Positions 27,035-37,342 of a stretch of 64,000 bases of DNA are shown in pieces (within the stretch, counting starts at the first letter, position 1; the number at the start of each line of letters is the position of its first letter). Both the position numbers and the translations under genes were made by a program. Source of the DNA: an uncultured Clostridia bacterium (GTDB lineage Bacteria > Bacillota > Clostridia > UMGS1883); contig CAKSFM010000004.1 in the NCBI GenBank assembly GCA_934454525.1, forward strand, positions 101,095 to 165,094. The letters are read 5' to 3'. The notes beneath the pieces were generated by a model, which was not told the DNA's origin, searched no databases, and saw only the letters and a list, made by a program, of their open reading frames with translations.

Positions 27035-27385
27035 TTAATTTTCAGTGATTCCACAGGTTTTTGCATACATCTTTACTATTTCCAAAAGATTTGCAAGCTG
27101 CTCATTCGTCATTTCTTCAATGTATTTATCAAGAATGCTTCCGGCGCTGCGGACAGATACTCCGAACAAAATATAATCCGCATCGATATCAAGCGCAGTA
27201 CAAAGATCTTTCAGTTTTGCAACAGACACACCTGATAGCCCTCTCTCGATATTGCTTATCTGCTGAGGATTGCAAATGCCTGCCTTTTCCGATAAAAGCT
27301 CCTGCGTCATATGCCTTTTAAGCCGAATCTCTTTTATTCTTCTGCCGATTTCGGCATTATCGCTATCAAACTTATTCATTGGCAT
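27035..27385 (-). CDS. XRE-family HTH transcriptional regulator (116 aa)
   Basis: IGRRIKEIRLKRHMTQELLSEKAGICNPQQISNIERGLSGVSVAKLKDLCTALDIDADYIL. Confidence 0.8.
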   Translation of the reverse strand: MPMNKFDSDNAEIGRRIKEIRLKRHMTQELLSEKAGICNPQQISNIERGLSGVSVAKLKDLCTALDIDADYILFGVSVRSAGSILDKYIEEMTNEQLANLLEIVKMYAKTCGITEN

Positions 27386-27395
27386 TTATTCACTT

Positions 27396-27812
27396 TTACA
27401 GAATTTTTCCGTGCTTCGGATTAACAATATCGCGCCAGTCAAGGTCACCGCGTTCCAGTCCGTGAATCAGGACTTCCGCTGTTGCAACATTTGTTGCAAG
27501 CGGAATGTTATGAACATCGCACAATCTGAAAAGTGCGCTGACATCCGGCTCATGCGGCTGTGCTGTGAGCGGATCGCGGAAAAACAGCACAAGATCGATT
27601 TCATCATATGCAATATGCGCGCCTATCTGCTGGTCACCGCCCTGCGGTCCGGACAAAAAGCGCTGCACATCCAGTCCGGTTGCCTCAATGATCAGGCCCC
27701 CGGTTGTTCCCGTTGCACAAAGGTTATGTTTTGACAAAATTCCCTTATACGCTATACAAAACTGAACCATCAGTTCTTTTTTCTTATCATGAGCTATTAA
27801 CGCTATATTCAT
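27396..27812 (-). CDS. mgsA: Methylglyoxal synthase
   Basis: [35 protein letters not shown]. Confidence 0.95.
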   Translation of the reverse strand: MNIALIAHDKKKELMVQFCIAYKGILSKHNLCATGTTGGLIIEATGLDVQRFLSGPQGGDQQIGAHIAYDEIDLVLFFRDPLTAQPHEPDVSALFRLCDVHNIPLATNVATAEVLIHGLERGDLDWRDIVNPKHGKIL

Positions 27813-27828
27813 AAATTTTCTCCTTTGA

Positions 27829-28080
27829 TTACTGGGTTGTTTTCAGCCGTATTTTTGCCGCCAAAAGACATTCTCCGCCCGAAGCTCTCGTTACGGAAAT
27901 ATTTCCGGCTGCTTCATTATCGGGCGTATATTTGCTTAAGACCGCCGCAACTTCCTTTTTTATCTTCTCAATTGTTTTTCCCTGGGATACATTAACCCGG
28001 TCATTGCTGATGACTGCACTGAGCCGCCTTTTTGCCGCAAGCTTTGACGGCTGCCTTACGTTCAGAAAGAAAAATTTCAT
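27829..28080 (-). CDS. minE: Cell division topological specificity factor MinE
   Basis: N-terminus [17 protein letters not shown]; size; 4-nt overlap with minD. Confidence 0.85.
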   Translation of the reverse strand: MKFFFLNVRQPSKLAAKRRLSAVISNDRVNVSQGKTIEKIKKEVAAVLSKYTPDNEAAGNISVTRASGGECLLAAKIRLKTTQ

Positions 28081-28871
28081 GACCGCACCCCTATCCTTTT
28101 TCCGAAAAGCTTCTGAAGAAACGACTGCTTCATGTTCATCAGCTCAACTTTATTTCCGTTAAGCCTTGACGCAATGTTTCTGTATGCCTGTCCTGCACGG
28201 GAGCGCGTGTCCGCAGCAACAAATTCGCCCTTATTTGCGGCAATTATTATATCTTCATCATCCGGGATAACACCGAGAAGGTCAATTGCCAGAATATCAA
28301 GCATGTCCTCAATTCCGAGCATGCTTCCGCTTTCCACCATTTTCGGGCGCACTTTATTGACAACAAGGCGAATATCCCTGATTTCATGCTTTTCCAAAAG
28401 TCCGATAATTCTGTCCGCATCGCGCACACTTGAAACTTCCGGCATGGCAACCACTATTGCTTTTTTTGCAGCGGCAACCGCATTTTCAAACCCCTGTTCA
28501 ATTCCTGCCGGGCAATCAATGAGTATGTAATCAAAACTGCCGTCAATCTGTTTTATAAGGTGCTTCATCTGTGTGGTTGTCACAGAGCTTTTATCGCGCG
28601 ACTGCGCCGCCGGCATTAAAAACAAATTGTCAAAACGCTTGTCCCTGACGAGCGCCTTAAAATATTCGCATCGGTTTTCAACAACATCCACAAGATCGTA
28701 TACTATTCTGTTCTCCAGCCCCATAATGACATCAAGATTTCTCAGTCCTATATCAGTATCTATCATAAGAACCTTTTTTCCTGCCATTGCAAGCGCCGCC
28801 CCGATATTTGCTGTTGTTGTTGTTTTTCCGACGCCGCCCTTGCCGCTTGTAATAACTATAACCTCACTCAT
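28077..28871 (-). CDS. minD: Septum site-determining ATPase MinD
   Basis: Deviant Walker A SGKGGVGKTTTTAN, IDTDIGLRNLD, C-terminal amphipathic helix. Confidence 0.95.
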   Translation of the reverse strand: MSEVIVITSGKGGVGKTTTTANIGAALAMAGKKVLMIDTDIGLRNLDVIMGLENRIVYDLVDVVENRCEYFKALVRDKRFDNLFLMPAAQSRDKSSVTTTQMKHLIKQIDGSFDYILIDCPAGIEQGFENAVAAAKKAIVVAMPEVSSVRDADRIIGLLEKHEIRDIRLVVNKVRPKMVESGSMLGIEDMLDILAIDLLGVIPDDEDIIIAANKGEFVAADTRSRAGQAYRNIASRLNGNKVELMNMKQSFLQKLFGKRIGVRS

Positions 28872-28931
28872 TCATTCTCACCTCATGGGAATAATTGTAT
28901 CACACAATTTGCCAATAGTCCATACCGATTT

Positions 28932-29522
28932 TTATAAACACTGCAAGATTATTTCGCCCTTTTCCGCTATCGCAACAGCTGTGCCGACATTTTCGCCCTT
29001 TTTGCTGTAGGAATATACATTTCCTATTCTTATCTGCGTGGGTTCCATCATGACGGCGAACACACGCCCTCTGCCATTTATCTGCGCAGTTCCGCGGAGC
29101 GCTCCGATAACAGTTATGTTACCCGTTGCTTCAACCGTTGCTCCGGGGTTCACGTCACCGTATATAATCACATCGCCGCGCGAGTTCACGCTTTCACCGC
29201 TGCGCAGACTTTTCCGGACGATTTTGCAGATACGCTCATCCTTTTCAAGGCTGTGAAACAGCTGATTCCGCGTAAGAAACTTTTGCCTTTTAAAATCGCA
29301 CCGTTTTCCGAAAAGTGACTTTATTATCTTTTCAAATTTCACTTCATCAAAATATGAAAATTCCGTTCCGCTGTAGGAAACGCAAACCTCCGCGCGCTTA
29401 AAAAACTCTCCGTTTTCCTGCACCATGCGCTTAATTTCTGCCTCTGCTTCTTCAATCTGCGCAGTTCTTGAAAAGCAAAGCTCAACTCCGTTTTCCCGTC
29501 CTTTAACTGTTATAAGATCCAT
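28932..29522 (-). CDS. minC: Septum site-determining protein MinC
   Basis: C-terminal beta-helix repeats GDVIIYGDVNPGATVEATGNITVIGALRG; position upstream of minDE. Confidence 0.8.
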   Translation of the reverse strand: MDLITVKGRENGVELCFSRTAQIEEAEAEIKRMVQENGEFFKRAEVCVSYSGTEFSYFDEVKFEKIIKSLFGKRCDFKRQKFLTRNQLFHSLEKDERICKIVRKSLRSGESVNSRGDVIIYGDVNPGATVEATGNITVIGALRGTAQINGRGRVFAVMMEPTQIRIGNVYSYSKKGENVGTAVAIAEKGEIILQCL

Positions 29523-29536
29523 TCTTTCCCCCTGCT

Positions 29537-31444
29537 TTATCTCAATAATGAATTTATTTCCGGCTTCTCGTCATTCTCCGTGATGCCGAAATAGCTGTCG
29601 GTTATTTTTCTTACGGCCGCCGCCGTTTTCGCTCCGCTGCCTGCATTTTCAATAACGCAGGCAATTGCAATCCGCGGTTTGTCGTACGGTGCATATGCAA
29701 CGCAAACTCCGTTTGTTCCCGAGCCTGTCTGAGCGCTGCCGGTTTTTGCCGCAACGCTTGTGGTGCATCCTGAAAATGCCGTGTGCGCCGTACCCTCTGT
29801 CACAACCATTCTCATGCCTGAAACAACAGCATTGTAATTTTCCTTTTTCAGCTTCACCATTTCAAGCGTTTCGCTGCGTGACTCATTCGTAAGCGTTCCG
29901 TCCGTGTTGCGGACAGATTTGATAAGGTGCGGTTTATACCGCGTTCCTCCATTGGCAAGCGCTGCAATATAGTTGGCAAGCTGAAGCGGAGTTACAAGCG
30001 TGTCCGATTGACCGATTGCCGTCTGGCATGTGTCACCGGGATACCAAACTTCTCCCTTTTTCTTTCTGTTTTCCGGACTTGCAACAACTCCGCTTTTTTC
30101 CTCGTCAGCAAGCTCAATTCCGCTTTTCTGCCCGAAGCCGAAGCTCTTTGCATACTCATCAATTGTTTCGATAGTCAGCCGCCTGCCGGTTTCATAGAAA
30201 AACACGTTGCATGAGTCTCTTATTGCTTCGCTGACATTTTCGTATCCGTGCGTTCCGCCGGACTGATTATATATCCAGCACGCAGGCTGATAATCCTTAA
30301 AAAATTTATATTTTCCCGTGTCTAAAATACGCTCGTCCACGGTTATTGCGCCCGTCTCCAGTCCTGCCGCCGCAACAAGCATTTTAAACACCGATCCGGG
30401 CGTATATGTTCCGGAAAGAGCGCGGTTAAACAGCGGTTTCGATTTATTTTTCACGAGTGATGAATATTCCCGGTTAAAGCTTTTTATATCATACGACGGG
30501 TATGACGCCATTGCGAGCACATCGCCCGAATTCACATCGATCACAACTGCGCTTCCCGCATCTGCCGAACCAATCTGTGCAACCGTTTCCGAAAGTGCAC
30601 TTTCACAAGCCTTTTGCAGATCAAGATCGATCGTCAGTGTGACGCTGCGCCCGTCAGACGGCTTTTTCTCCATACTCTGCCCAATGCTATAGCCGCCTGC
30701 GGTCTGCTCAAGCGTTCCCCGCCCGTCCTTTCCGCGGAGAAAATCTTCCATGTACTTCTCTATTCCATCTTTGCCTATTGATGAATTAATAGTATACCCG
30801 TCATTCTTCAGGGTTTTGTATTCATTTTCGCTTATGTTTCCGACCCTTCCCAGCATATGTGCACCAAGGCTTCCGTACGGGTATTCGCGCACAGGCTGCG
30901 TGATAACCGTCACATCCCCGAATTTTCTGTTTTGCTCCTTTATGACTGAAATTTCTTCAATCGGAACATCCTCCGCAAAAAGATACGGTGCCGATACCGA
31001 AAAACCTCTCTTAACCATATCGCTGCGGACAGCGGCAATTTTTTGCTGCTCCTCCTCAGTGTAGCTTCCGGGGTCAATTCCGTATTTATTGCACAGCTTC
31101 GTCAGTGATTCATCCTTTGGAAGCATTGCTGAAATATCGTTTCCGTATGACCTGACCGCTTCGAACAGATTTGCTATTGTTCTGTTCACCTCATCGTTGC
31201 TGCGTTCTCTGTTTTTCTGAATATAGACATTATATCCGGTTCTGTTTTTTACAATGCTTCTGCCGTATCTGTCAAGAATTTCTCCGCGCGGCGCCATCAG
31301 TTCGATAAAGCGCGTTGTGCGCGAATCGCTCTTCTTTCTGTATTCCGCGCCGTCTGTTATCTGAAGATTGACAAGCCTTGCCGAAAGCAGAATACAAATT
31401 ATTGCCGTAAGCGTATTAATCGCCGTATATCGGCTGAATTTCAT
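29537..31444 (-). CDS. mrdA: Penicillin-binding protein 2 (elongation transpeptidase)
   Basis: N-terminal anchor; TYTPGSVFK (SxxK), SCN (SxN), KTGSAQ (KTG); position after mreCD. Confidence 0.9.
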   Translation of the reverse strand: MKFSRYTAINTLTAIICILLSARLVNLQITDGAEYRKKSDSRTTRFIELMAPRGEILDRYGRSIVKNRTGYNVYIQKNRERSNDEVNRTIANLFEAVRSYGNDISAMLPKDESLTKLCNKYGIDPGSYTEEEQQKIAAVRSDMVKRGFSVSAPYLFAEDVPIEEISVIKEQNRKFGDVTVITQPVREYPYGSLGAHMLGRVGNISENEYKTLKNDGYTINSSIGKDGIEKYMEDFLRGKDGRGTLEQTAGGYSIGQSMEKKPSDGRSVTLTIDLDLQKACESALSETVAQIGSADAGSAVVIDVNSGDVLAMASYPSYDIKSFNREYSSLVKNKSKPLFNRALSGTYTPGSVFKMLVAAAGLETGAITVDERILDTGKYKFFKDYQPACWIYNQSGGTHGYENVSEAIRDSCNVFFYETGRRLTIETIDEYAKSFGFGQKSGIELADEEKSGVVASPENRKKKGEVWYPGDTCQTAIGQSDTLVTPLQLANYIAALANGGTRYKPHLIKSVRNTDGTLTNESRSETLEMVKLKKENYNAVVSGMRMVVTEGTAHTAFSGCTTSVAAKTGSAQTGSGTNGVCVAYAPYDKPRIAIACVIENAGSGAKTAAAVRKITDSYFGITENDEKPEINSLLR

Positions 31445-31959
31445 ATGCTTTCACTCCCTCTCGGCTGCATTTTCTTTCTCTTACGGCGCTGGGATGCCAG
31501 AACCGTCAAAAAACCTGTCACTGCAGAGAATCCGCCGCGCACAAAAACCGATGCAGCAATCTTTCCGATGTCCGCACCGACGCCAACCATCGCTGCCGCC
31601 AATGCTGAAGCCACTCCGAACAGCGCTGTATAGACAAAACACACCCACGCAAAAAGCAGCGGTGAATTGCCGCTTTTTTCATCCGCGGTAAGTGCCGTTG
31701 CCGCAGCAAGATACATATACGCCAGGATATGCATTCCGAACAGTCTGGCGCAAAGCGCGTCCTCCAAAAGACCGCCGAAAGCGCCGCATATTACAGCCAT
31801 ATACGGAGAGCTGCCGACAGATATGAGTATCAGAACGGCAATAAGTATATTCGGTGAAGCGCCGAAAATGCTGACATTTTCGAATATGAGCGACTGTGCC
31901 AGAAATGCCGCATAAACAATCAGCACATTAAAAACGGTTTTTCTGATATTTGCAGTCAT
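31441..31959 (-). CDS. mreD: Rod shape-determining protein MreD
   Basis: Polytopic small membrane protein after mreC; start moved to ATG 31959 (MTANIRK), which is preceded by AAAGGGGAG. Confidence 0.75.
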   Translation of the reverse strand: MTANIRKTVFNVLIVYAAFLAQSLIFENVSIFGASPNILIAVLILISVGSSPYMAVICGAFGGLLEDALCARLFGMHILAYMYLAAATALTADEKSGNSPLLFAWVCFVYTALFGVASALAAAMVGVGADIGKIAASVFVRGGFSAVTGFLTVLASQRRKRKKMQPRGSESI

Positions 31960-31984
31960 GCTCTCAACTCCCCTTTTGCCATAC

Positions 31985-32791
31985 TCAATTAATTCCGACA
32001 AGAACTTCTCTGATTTTCCGCGGGTTAGCGCCTGTTTCAACAATCGCGGTCATGGTTAGACCTCTGTCATCATTTTTAATCGCCGTCACCTTGCCGACAA
32101 GTATTCCGCGCGGAAAAACTCCGCCGGTTCCCGAGGTTTCAACCGAATCTCCGACAACGATTTTTGCGTCCTTGTCAATATAATTCATACTGCAAAGTCC
32201 GCCTTGACCGGATGTGCCGTCAACAATTGCCATATCGCCGCTTCGCGGACAGATTACCGACACACTGCTCTCCGCATCAAGAAGCGTTCTGATTTTTGAA
32301 AAATTTTTCCCGACTTCGCACACTGCGCCGACAAGGCCTTCGGGAACAACCACCGGCGCATCTTTCTTTATTCCGTCACGGCTTCCCTTGTCAATTGTCA
32401 GCGTATAGTAAACATCGTCACTGTCACGCCCGATAACATTCGCCGCTGTGTAGTTTCCCTTTGCGTCGGTTTTTTTCAGTTCCAGCAAGCTCCGCAGCTG
32501 TTCATTTTCCTTTTTATAACCCTCAAGCATACGGATTTCATCGGAAAGCTCCGCATTTTTCTTTTTCAGGAGCTTGAGCTGCCGCACATTCTCCGATGAA
32601 TTTCTTATGTCGGCTATTTTTCCGGAAATTCCATTCACAACAAATGCAGCCGCCTTTTGCACAGGGGCAAACACCGAACCCGCCGCTGAGGACGCGGACG
32701 TTTCCGTTTTGAACGAAACAGCCATTATTGCAAGAATTGCAGCCGTTACCGCTATCATAATTATAAAAAAGCTTTTCCCGGTCTTTTTCAT
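31985..32791 (-). CDS. mreC: Rod shape-determining protein MreC
   Basis: N-terminal anchor, coiled coil (ENVRQLKLLKKKNAELSDEIRMLE), C-terminus GLVGAV...GDSVETSGTGGVFPRGILVGKV. Confidence 0.9.
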   Translation of the reverse strand: MKKTGKSFFIIMIAVTAAILAIMAVSFKTETSASSAAGSVFAPVQKAAAFVVNGISGKIADIRNSSENVRQLKLLKKKNAELSDEIRMLEGYKKENEQLRSLLELKKTDAKGNYTAANVIGRDSDDVYYTLTIDKGSRDGIKKDAPVVVPEGLVGAVCEVGKNFSKIRTLLDAESSVSVICPRSGDMAIVDGTSGQGGLCSMNYIDKDAKIVVGDSVETSGTGGVFPRGILVGKVTAIKNDDRGLTMTAIVETGANPRKIREVLVGIN

Positions 32792-32803
32792 ACAAACATT
32801 CCT

Positions 32804-33406
32804 TTAGCCGATAATATCAATTGAAAATTCCGATTTGAGTGCCAGCGCAAGGCTGCACAGCGGAAGTCCGACAACATTGAAATAATCACCGTCAATTTTT
32901 TTGATAAACAATGCGCCGCGCTTCTGTATTCCATATGCCCCCGCCTTGTCCATCGGTTCACGGGTTTTGACATAAGCTTTGATTTCGTTATCCGTAAGTA
33001 CGCGGAAAGTAACACGCGTTACCTCCGCCCGTGAAACTGCCATTCCGTCCTTGCAGTTATATATGCAAAATCCCGTAAAAACCTCATGCGTTTTTCCGCT
33101 GAGCTTGCGGAGCATTTCTTCCGCTTCTGCCATACTGTGAGGTTTTCCGAACACCTTTCCGTCAAGGCTGACGCATGTGTCCGCACCGATAACAACCGTG
33201 TTTCCGCGCAGCGACCTTGCAACATCACAAGCTTTCAGCATTGCAAGCTCTTTCACCATCTGCTCCGGCGGAAGCTTTTTGTAAGGCGATTCATCCACGT
33301 TTGACGGGATTATCTGCGCATTAATTCCAATATTTCTTAGTAATTCCTTTCTCCGCGGCGATTTTGACGCGAGAACAAAAACTGTATCAGCCATTGCGAT
33401 TTGCAA
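32804..33406 (-). CDS. maf: Maf-family nucleoside triphosphate pyrophosphatase
   Basis: LASKSPRRKELL, GADT, GAYGIQ, GLPL. Confidence 0.9.
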   Translation of the reverse strand: MQIAMADTVFVLASKSPRRKELLRNIGINAQIIPSNVDESPYKKLPPEQMVKELAMLKACDVARSLRGNTVVIGADTCVSLDGKVFGKPHSMAEAEEMLRKLSGKTHEVFTGFCIYNCKDGMAVSRAEVTRVTFRVLTDNEIKAYVKTREPMDKAGAYGIQKRGALFIKKIDGDYFNVVGLPLCSLALALKSEFSIDIIG

Positions 33407-33929
33407 ACCTTTCGTTATATGATTTCATGCATTTTTCAATAATTGCTTCGGCATCCTTTCTGCCGAGAATTTCCTTAACTGCGGTTTCTTTATTCTCAAG
33501 GAATTTATACACCTGGAAGAAATGGGATATTTCCTTGAAGATATGCTCCGGCAGCTCAGATATGTCATGATATATCGAATACGTCGGGTCATTAAACGGC
33601 AATGCTATGATTTTTTCATCTGTTTCACCGTTGTCAATCATTTTGATAACACCAATCGGGAAGCAGCGGACAAGGACCATTGAATCAATCCTTTCCTGAC
33701 AAAGCACAAGCACGTCAAGCGGATCGCCGTCTTCGGCATATGTCCGCGGGATAAATCCGTAATTCGCCGGGTAATGCGTTGATGTGTACAAAACCCGGTC
33801 AAGAATTATCAGACCCGTCTCCTTATCAAGCTCATATTTATTTTTGTCACCCTGCGGAATTTCTATTACCGCAAGAAAATTATCCTTGCGGATTCTCTCG
33901 GGGGCAACATCATGCCAAACGTTAAACAT
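33387..33929 (-). CDS. ppa: Inorganic pyrophosphatase (family I)
   Basis: IEIPQGDKNKYE, YPANYGFIP, DGDPLDVLVL, DEKIIA. Confidence 0.9.
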   Translation of the reverse strand: MFNVWHDVAPERIRKDNFLAVIEIPQGDKNKYELDKETGLIILDRVLYTSTHYPANYGFIPRTYAEDGDPLDVLVLCQERIDSMVLVRCFPIGVIKMIDNGETDEKIIALPFNDPTYSIYHDISELPEHIFKEISHFFQVYKFLENKETAVKEILGRKDAEAIIEKCMKSYNERFANRNG

Positions 33930-33940
33930 ATTTTTTCCTC

Positions 33941-35233
33941 CTATCCTCTCAAATACTTCGGATAATGATTTTTCAGCTGTCCATTGCTGCTTTTAAACCA
34001 GCCTACGGGATATTTACCGCTGTAAAGCGCCGCGCCGAAGCCGTTTTCGCAAGTCCTGAAAACCGACTCTCCGCGCCTGTAAGCGCAAAGCTCGTCCTCC
34101 GTCAGAGAAGCGGTTCTCTTAAAATCCTCTGCCTTAAGGCACATACAAAGATGATGCGCCGGAACAAGTCTGCCCTTGCGGATTTCACCAAGCAAAATTC
34201 CCGGGCGCAGACATTTTATTCCGCGCAGCTCCGGCATGCTCTGCGGCGAAAGATAAAGCTTTTCGCCAAATGAAACAAACCGCCCTTCAAGGCACACATT
34301 TAAGTTTTCACGCTCAAAGGCTCTGTAAATTTTCTCCGCTTCCTTATCGGCAGACTGCGGACAGCCGATATTTATCTTTCCCGTTTCTTCTTCTTTTACA
34401 AATTCAGCTGCAAAATGACCCTCGCCTTTTTCACGGTGCGGCATAATCCTGACTGTTTTTTTCAGTTTCATGCACGGAAATTCCTTTGAAAATTCCGTGC
34501 AGACCTCCTCGTTTTCCTCTCTTGAAAAAGTGCAGGTTGAATAAACCAGCGTTCCGCCGCCGCAAAGCATTTCAAATGCCGAACGAAGAATTTTTTTCTG
34601 CCGCTGCGCACAGGCATATGTATGCTCAAGACTCCAGTGCGCAATTGTCTCCGCATCCTTTCGGAACATTCCCTCGCCGCTGCACGGAGCGTCAACGATT
34701 ATTCTGTCAAAAAAGCCTTTGAAATGCTTTTCAAGTGCGTCGGGGCGCATATTAGTCACAACCGCGTTTGTTATTCCCATTCGTTCCACATTTTCGCACA
34801 GAATTTTTGCGCGCTGCGCTGTTATTTCATTCGAAACAAGCATACCGCTGCCGCCGAGTGCACAGGCAATCTGTGTACTTTTTCCCCCGGGAGCGGCACA
34901 AAGGTCAAGCACCTTATCGCCGCGGTGCACACCAAGCAGTCCGGCAGCAGCCTGGGCGGACGGCTCCTGCGAATAAAACAGACCTGCCGCGCTCGCGGCG
35001 TGTCCGCCTTTTTTTCCGTCGTAATAAAAACCGCTTTCGCACCACGGAATCGGCTCGCCGCAAAAACCCGTAAGCTCCGAAAGCTCATGCGGCGTGATTT
35101 TAAGCGTGTTCGCGCGCAAACCGTGAAGCGGCTGTTTATCATATTCAGCAATAAAAGCGTCATATTCGCTTCCGAGTTCCTTTTTCATTCTCGCCGTAAA
35201 ATCAGCAGGCAAAGTCAATTTTTTCACTTCCAA
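33941..35233 (-). CDS. rsmF: RsmB/RsmF-family 16S rRNA m5C methyltransferase
   Basis: DLCAAPGGKSTQ, IVDAPCSGEGMFRK, LVYSTCTF; the start codon (TTG/GTG) is uncertain. Confidence 0.85.
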   Translation of the reverse strand: MEVKKLTLPADFTARMKKELGSEYDAFIAEYDKQPLHGLRANTLKITPHELSELTGFCGEPIPWCESGFYYDGKKGGHAASAAGLFYSQEPSAQAAAGLLGVHRGDKVLDLCAAPGGKSTQIACALGGSGMLVSNEITAQRAKILCENVERMGITNAVVTNMRPDALEKHFKGFFDRIIVDAPCSGEGMFRKDAETIAHWSLEHTYACAQRQKKILRSAFEMLCGGGTLVYSTCTFSREENEEVCTEFSKEFPCMKLKKTVRIMPHREKGEGHFAAEFVKEEETGKINIGCPQSADKEAEKIYRAFERENLNVCLEGRFVSFGEKLYLSPQSMPELRGIKCLRPGILLGEIRKGRLVPAHHLCMCLKAEDFKRTASLTEDELCAYRRGESVFRTCENGFGAALYSGKYPVGWFKSSNGQLKNHYPKYLRG

Positions 35234-35303
35234 TAATATAGTATATCACATCGGCAGCGCGGAATAAAGCGTTTTTTGGCGCTGCCGTGAAATTTCTTTC
35301 ATA

Positions 35304-37208
35304 TTACATTTTTTCAAGCTCTCCGCAAAGCTCTTCCCATTGCTCCATCAGCTCTTCAAGCTCATTTTCGCAATTGCTTAAAGCATCGCTCAGCTCGGTT
35401 ATTTTCTCAAAATCGCTTCCTGCCGAGTTGATTTCTCCGTGCAGACGCTCCGTTTCCGCTTCCTTTTCGCTTATGGCTTCTTCCGTGCGCTTTATTTTTC
35501 CCGACAGTCTGTTTTTCGCGCTCTGAAGTTCTTTGCGTTTATGATAATCACTTTGTTCTTTTTCAGCCTTTTCCTTTTTTTCTGCCGGTGCGCCGCCCTG
35601 ATTATTTTTTTTGTATTCCATATAACGGTCATAATTCATGTTATAGCATTTAACCGTTCCGTCTTCGAAAACAAGCAGCTTGTCCGCCATTTTATTTATC
35701 AGATAACGGTCATGGCTTATAACAAACACGGTTGCATCAAAATCGGAAATTGCTTTTTCAAGCGCTTCTTTGGAGCGTATGTCAAGATGGTTTGTCGGTT
35801 CGTCAAGCAGCAGAAAATTTGCTCCGGTAAGCATTATTTCAAGCAGGGAAAGCCGCGCTTTTTCTCCCCCCGAAAGAGCGTTTGTCTGTTTAAAGACATC
35901 ATCTCCGCGGAAAAGGAAAGCCGCCAGTGCATTTCTTATCTGCGTTCTGTCCATTTTCGGATAAACATCCCAAAGCTCACTTTCAACGTCTTTTGTTCCG
36001 GTTATGTCACTTCTCTCCTGGTCGTAGTATGCACATTCAACCTTTGTTCCGAAACGGACTGTGCCGCAGTCCGGTTTCATAACTCCCTTTATAATTTTAT
36101 ACAGCGTGGATTTTCCGCAGCCGTTTGCACCGAGCAGGAAAACGCGTTCTCCGCGCTTCACCTCAAACGAAACGTGTTCAAAAAGCTTCTTTTCGCCGAA
36201 ATGCTTTGCCACATCCGTCACGGAAAGGACATCGTTTCCGCTGCGCTCATTTGCAGTGAATGTGAACCTTATTGCGTCCGTATCACGCTCGGGTTTTTCA
36301 AGCGTTTCCTCCAGGCGTTCAATGCTTTTCAGCTTGCTCTCTGCCATTCGGATATTGCGCTCCCTGTTCCATCGGCGCTGCTGTTCGACAACACCCTCAA
36401 GACGTGTAATTTCCTTGACGGTGTTTTCGTATTTTTTCTGCATCGCCTTGTACGCCTGTTCTTTTTTCTCCGTGAATGTCGAATAAGACCCCTCATAGCA
36501 TGTTATCCGCCTGTTTTCAAGCTCAATCGTTGTATTTGTCACCTTATCGAGAAAATATCTGTCATGGCTTATAACAAGGAAAGCCTTTGATGAGCTTTTA
36601 AGGAAATCTTCCAGAAAGCGCACCGCTTCAATGTCAAGGTGATTCGTCGGTTCATCAAGCATAAGAAAATTTGCTTCCGACAGAAGAGTTCTTGCAAGGG
36701 AAAGGCGCGTTTTCTGCCCACCGGAAAGCGATGACAGCGGCAAATCAAGTTCTCCCTCGCTGAGTCCGAGTCCAAGCAGCAGCGAACGGGTGCGCGAGCG
36801 GTATGTCATTCCGCCGTTTGCAATATATTCATTATTCAGTGCATCCTGGCGATTTATCAGCTTTTGGCGATCGTCTGTGCCGTTTTCAAGACTGCGGCAA
36901 ATGCGGTCAAGCTCGCTTTCTATTTCAAAAAACCGGCTGAAAACGTCCAACGTATACTCATAAGCTGTTTTGCCCTCGGCGCTCGGAGCAGTTTGCTCCA
37001 TAACGCCGACTTTTAAATCGCTGCTTCTGAAAATATCTCCCTCATAATCCTCTGTGCCTTGTATTATATTAAACAACGTGGTTTTTCCGGCTCCGTTTGC
37101 ACCGATAAACCCCATCTTTGTGTTTTCTTCAATTTTGAATGTCACATCGCGGAAAAGCTCGCGTTCGCCAAAGCTTTTTGAAACTCCGCTCAATGTAATC
37201 AAGCTCAC
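35304..37208 (-). CDS. ABC-F family ATPase (two ABC domains, no TM segments; C-terminal coiled coil)
   Basis: Walker A GANGAGKTT and GANGCGKST; signatures LSGGQK and LSGGEK; start placed at GTG 37208 (SLITLSGVSKSF), 7 nt after GAGGTG. Confidence 0.9.
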   Translation of the reverse strand: MSLITLSGVSKSFGERELFRDVTFKIEENTKMGFIGANGAGKTTLFNIIQGTEDYEGDIFRSSDLKVGVMEQTAPSAEGKTAYEYTLDVFSRFFEIESELDRICRSLENGTDDRQKLINRQDALNNEYIANGGMTYRSRTRSLLLGLGLSEGELDLPLSSLSGGQKTRLSLARTLLSEANFLMLDEPTNHLDIEAVRFLEDFLKSSSKAFLVISHDRYFLDKVTNTTIELENRRITCYEGSYSTFTEKKEQAYKAMQKKYENTVKEITRLEGVVEQQRRWNRERNIRMAESKLKSIERLEETLEKPERDTDAIRFTFTANERSGNDVLSVTDVAKHFGEKKLFEHVSFEVKRGERVFLLGANGCGKSTLYKIIKGVMKPDCGTVRFGTKVECAYYDQERSDITGTKDVESELWDVYPKMDRTQIRNALAAFLFRGDDVFKQTNALSGGEKARLSLLEIMLTGANFLLLDEPTNHLDIRSKEALEKAISDFDATVFVISHDRYLINKMADKLLVFEDGTVKCYNMNYDRYMEYKKNNQGGAPAEKKEKAEKEQSDYHKRKELQSAKNRLSGKIKRTEEAISEKEAETERLHGEINSAGSDFEKITELSDALSNCENELEELMEQWEELCGELEKM

Positions 37209-37233
37209 ATGCATACACCTCAATCCATTTTAT

Positions 37234-37262
37234 ATTATAGTGCATTTCTTTTGTTAAATCAA
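37234..37262 (-). promoter_or_regulatory. Putative sigma-A promoter for the ABC-F gene
   Basis: Minus strand: TTGATT, 17 nt, TATAAT. Confidence 0.5.
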
Positions 37263-37290
37263 TTATTTTCGGAAAAAAAGAATTATTATT

Positions 37291-37333
37291 TTAAAAAAAC
37301 AGGAAAGGTGCGATTTTACGCTACCTTTCCTGT
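37291..37333 (-). terminator. Rho-independent terminator after ftsH
   Basis: acaggaaaggt/acctttcctgt stem; on the minus strand it is followed by UUUUUUU. Confidence 0.7.
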
Positions 37334-37342
37334 TATGACACT

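Noticed and set aside
35240-35295. Hairpin cggcagcgc...gcgctgccg after the ABC-F stop, considered as a terminator
   Set aside because: The 9-bp GC stem is real, but no U-run follows it on the minus strand and its loop is 18 nt. It was not called as an intrinsic terminator and may be a processing or stabilising hairpin.
35439-36590. 383-aa plus-strand ORF, plus several 60-200-aa ORFs opposite the ABC-F, ftsH, gdpP, acyl-CoA ligase and pbp2 genes
   Set aside because: They are antisense shadows of well-supported genes. None has an RBS or recognisable domain. The same reasoning applies to 3011..3505, 8546..8983, 22282..23088, 38015..38668, 44629..45219 and 46516..47121.
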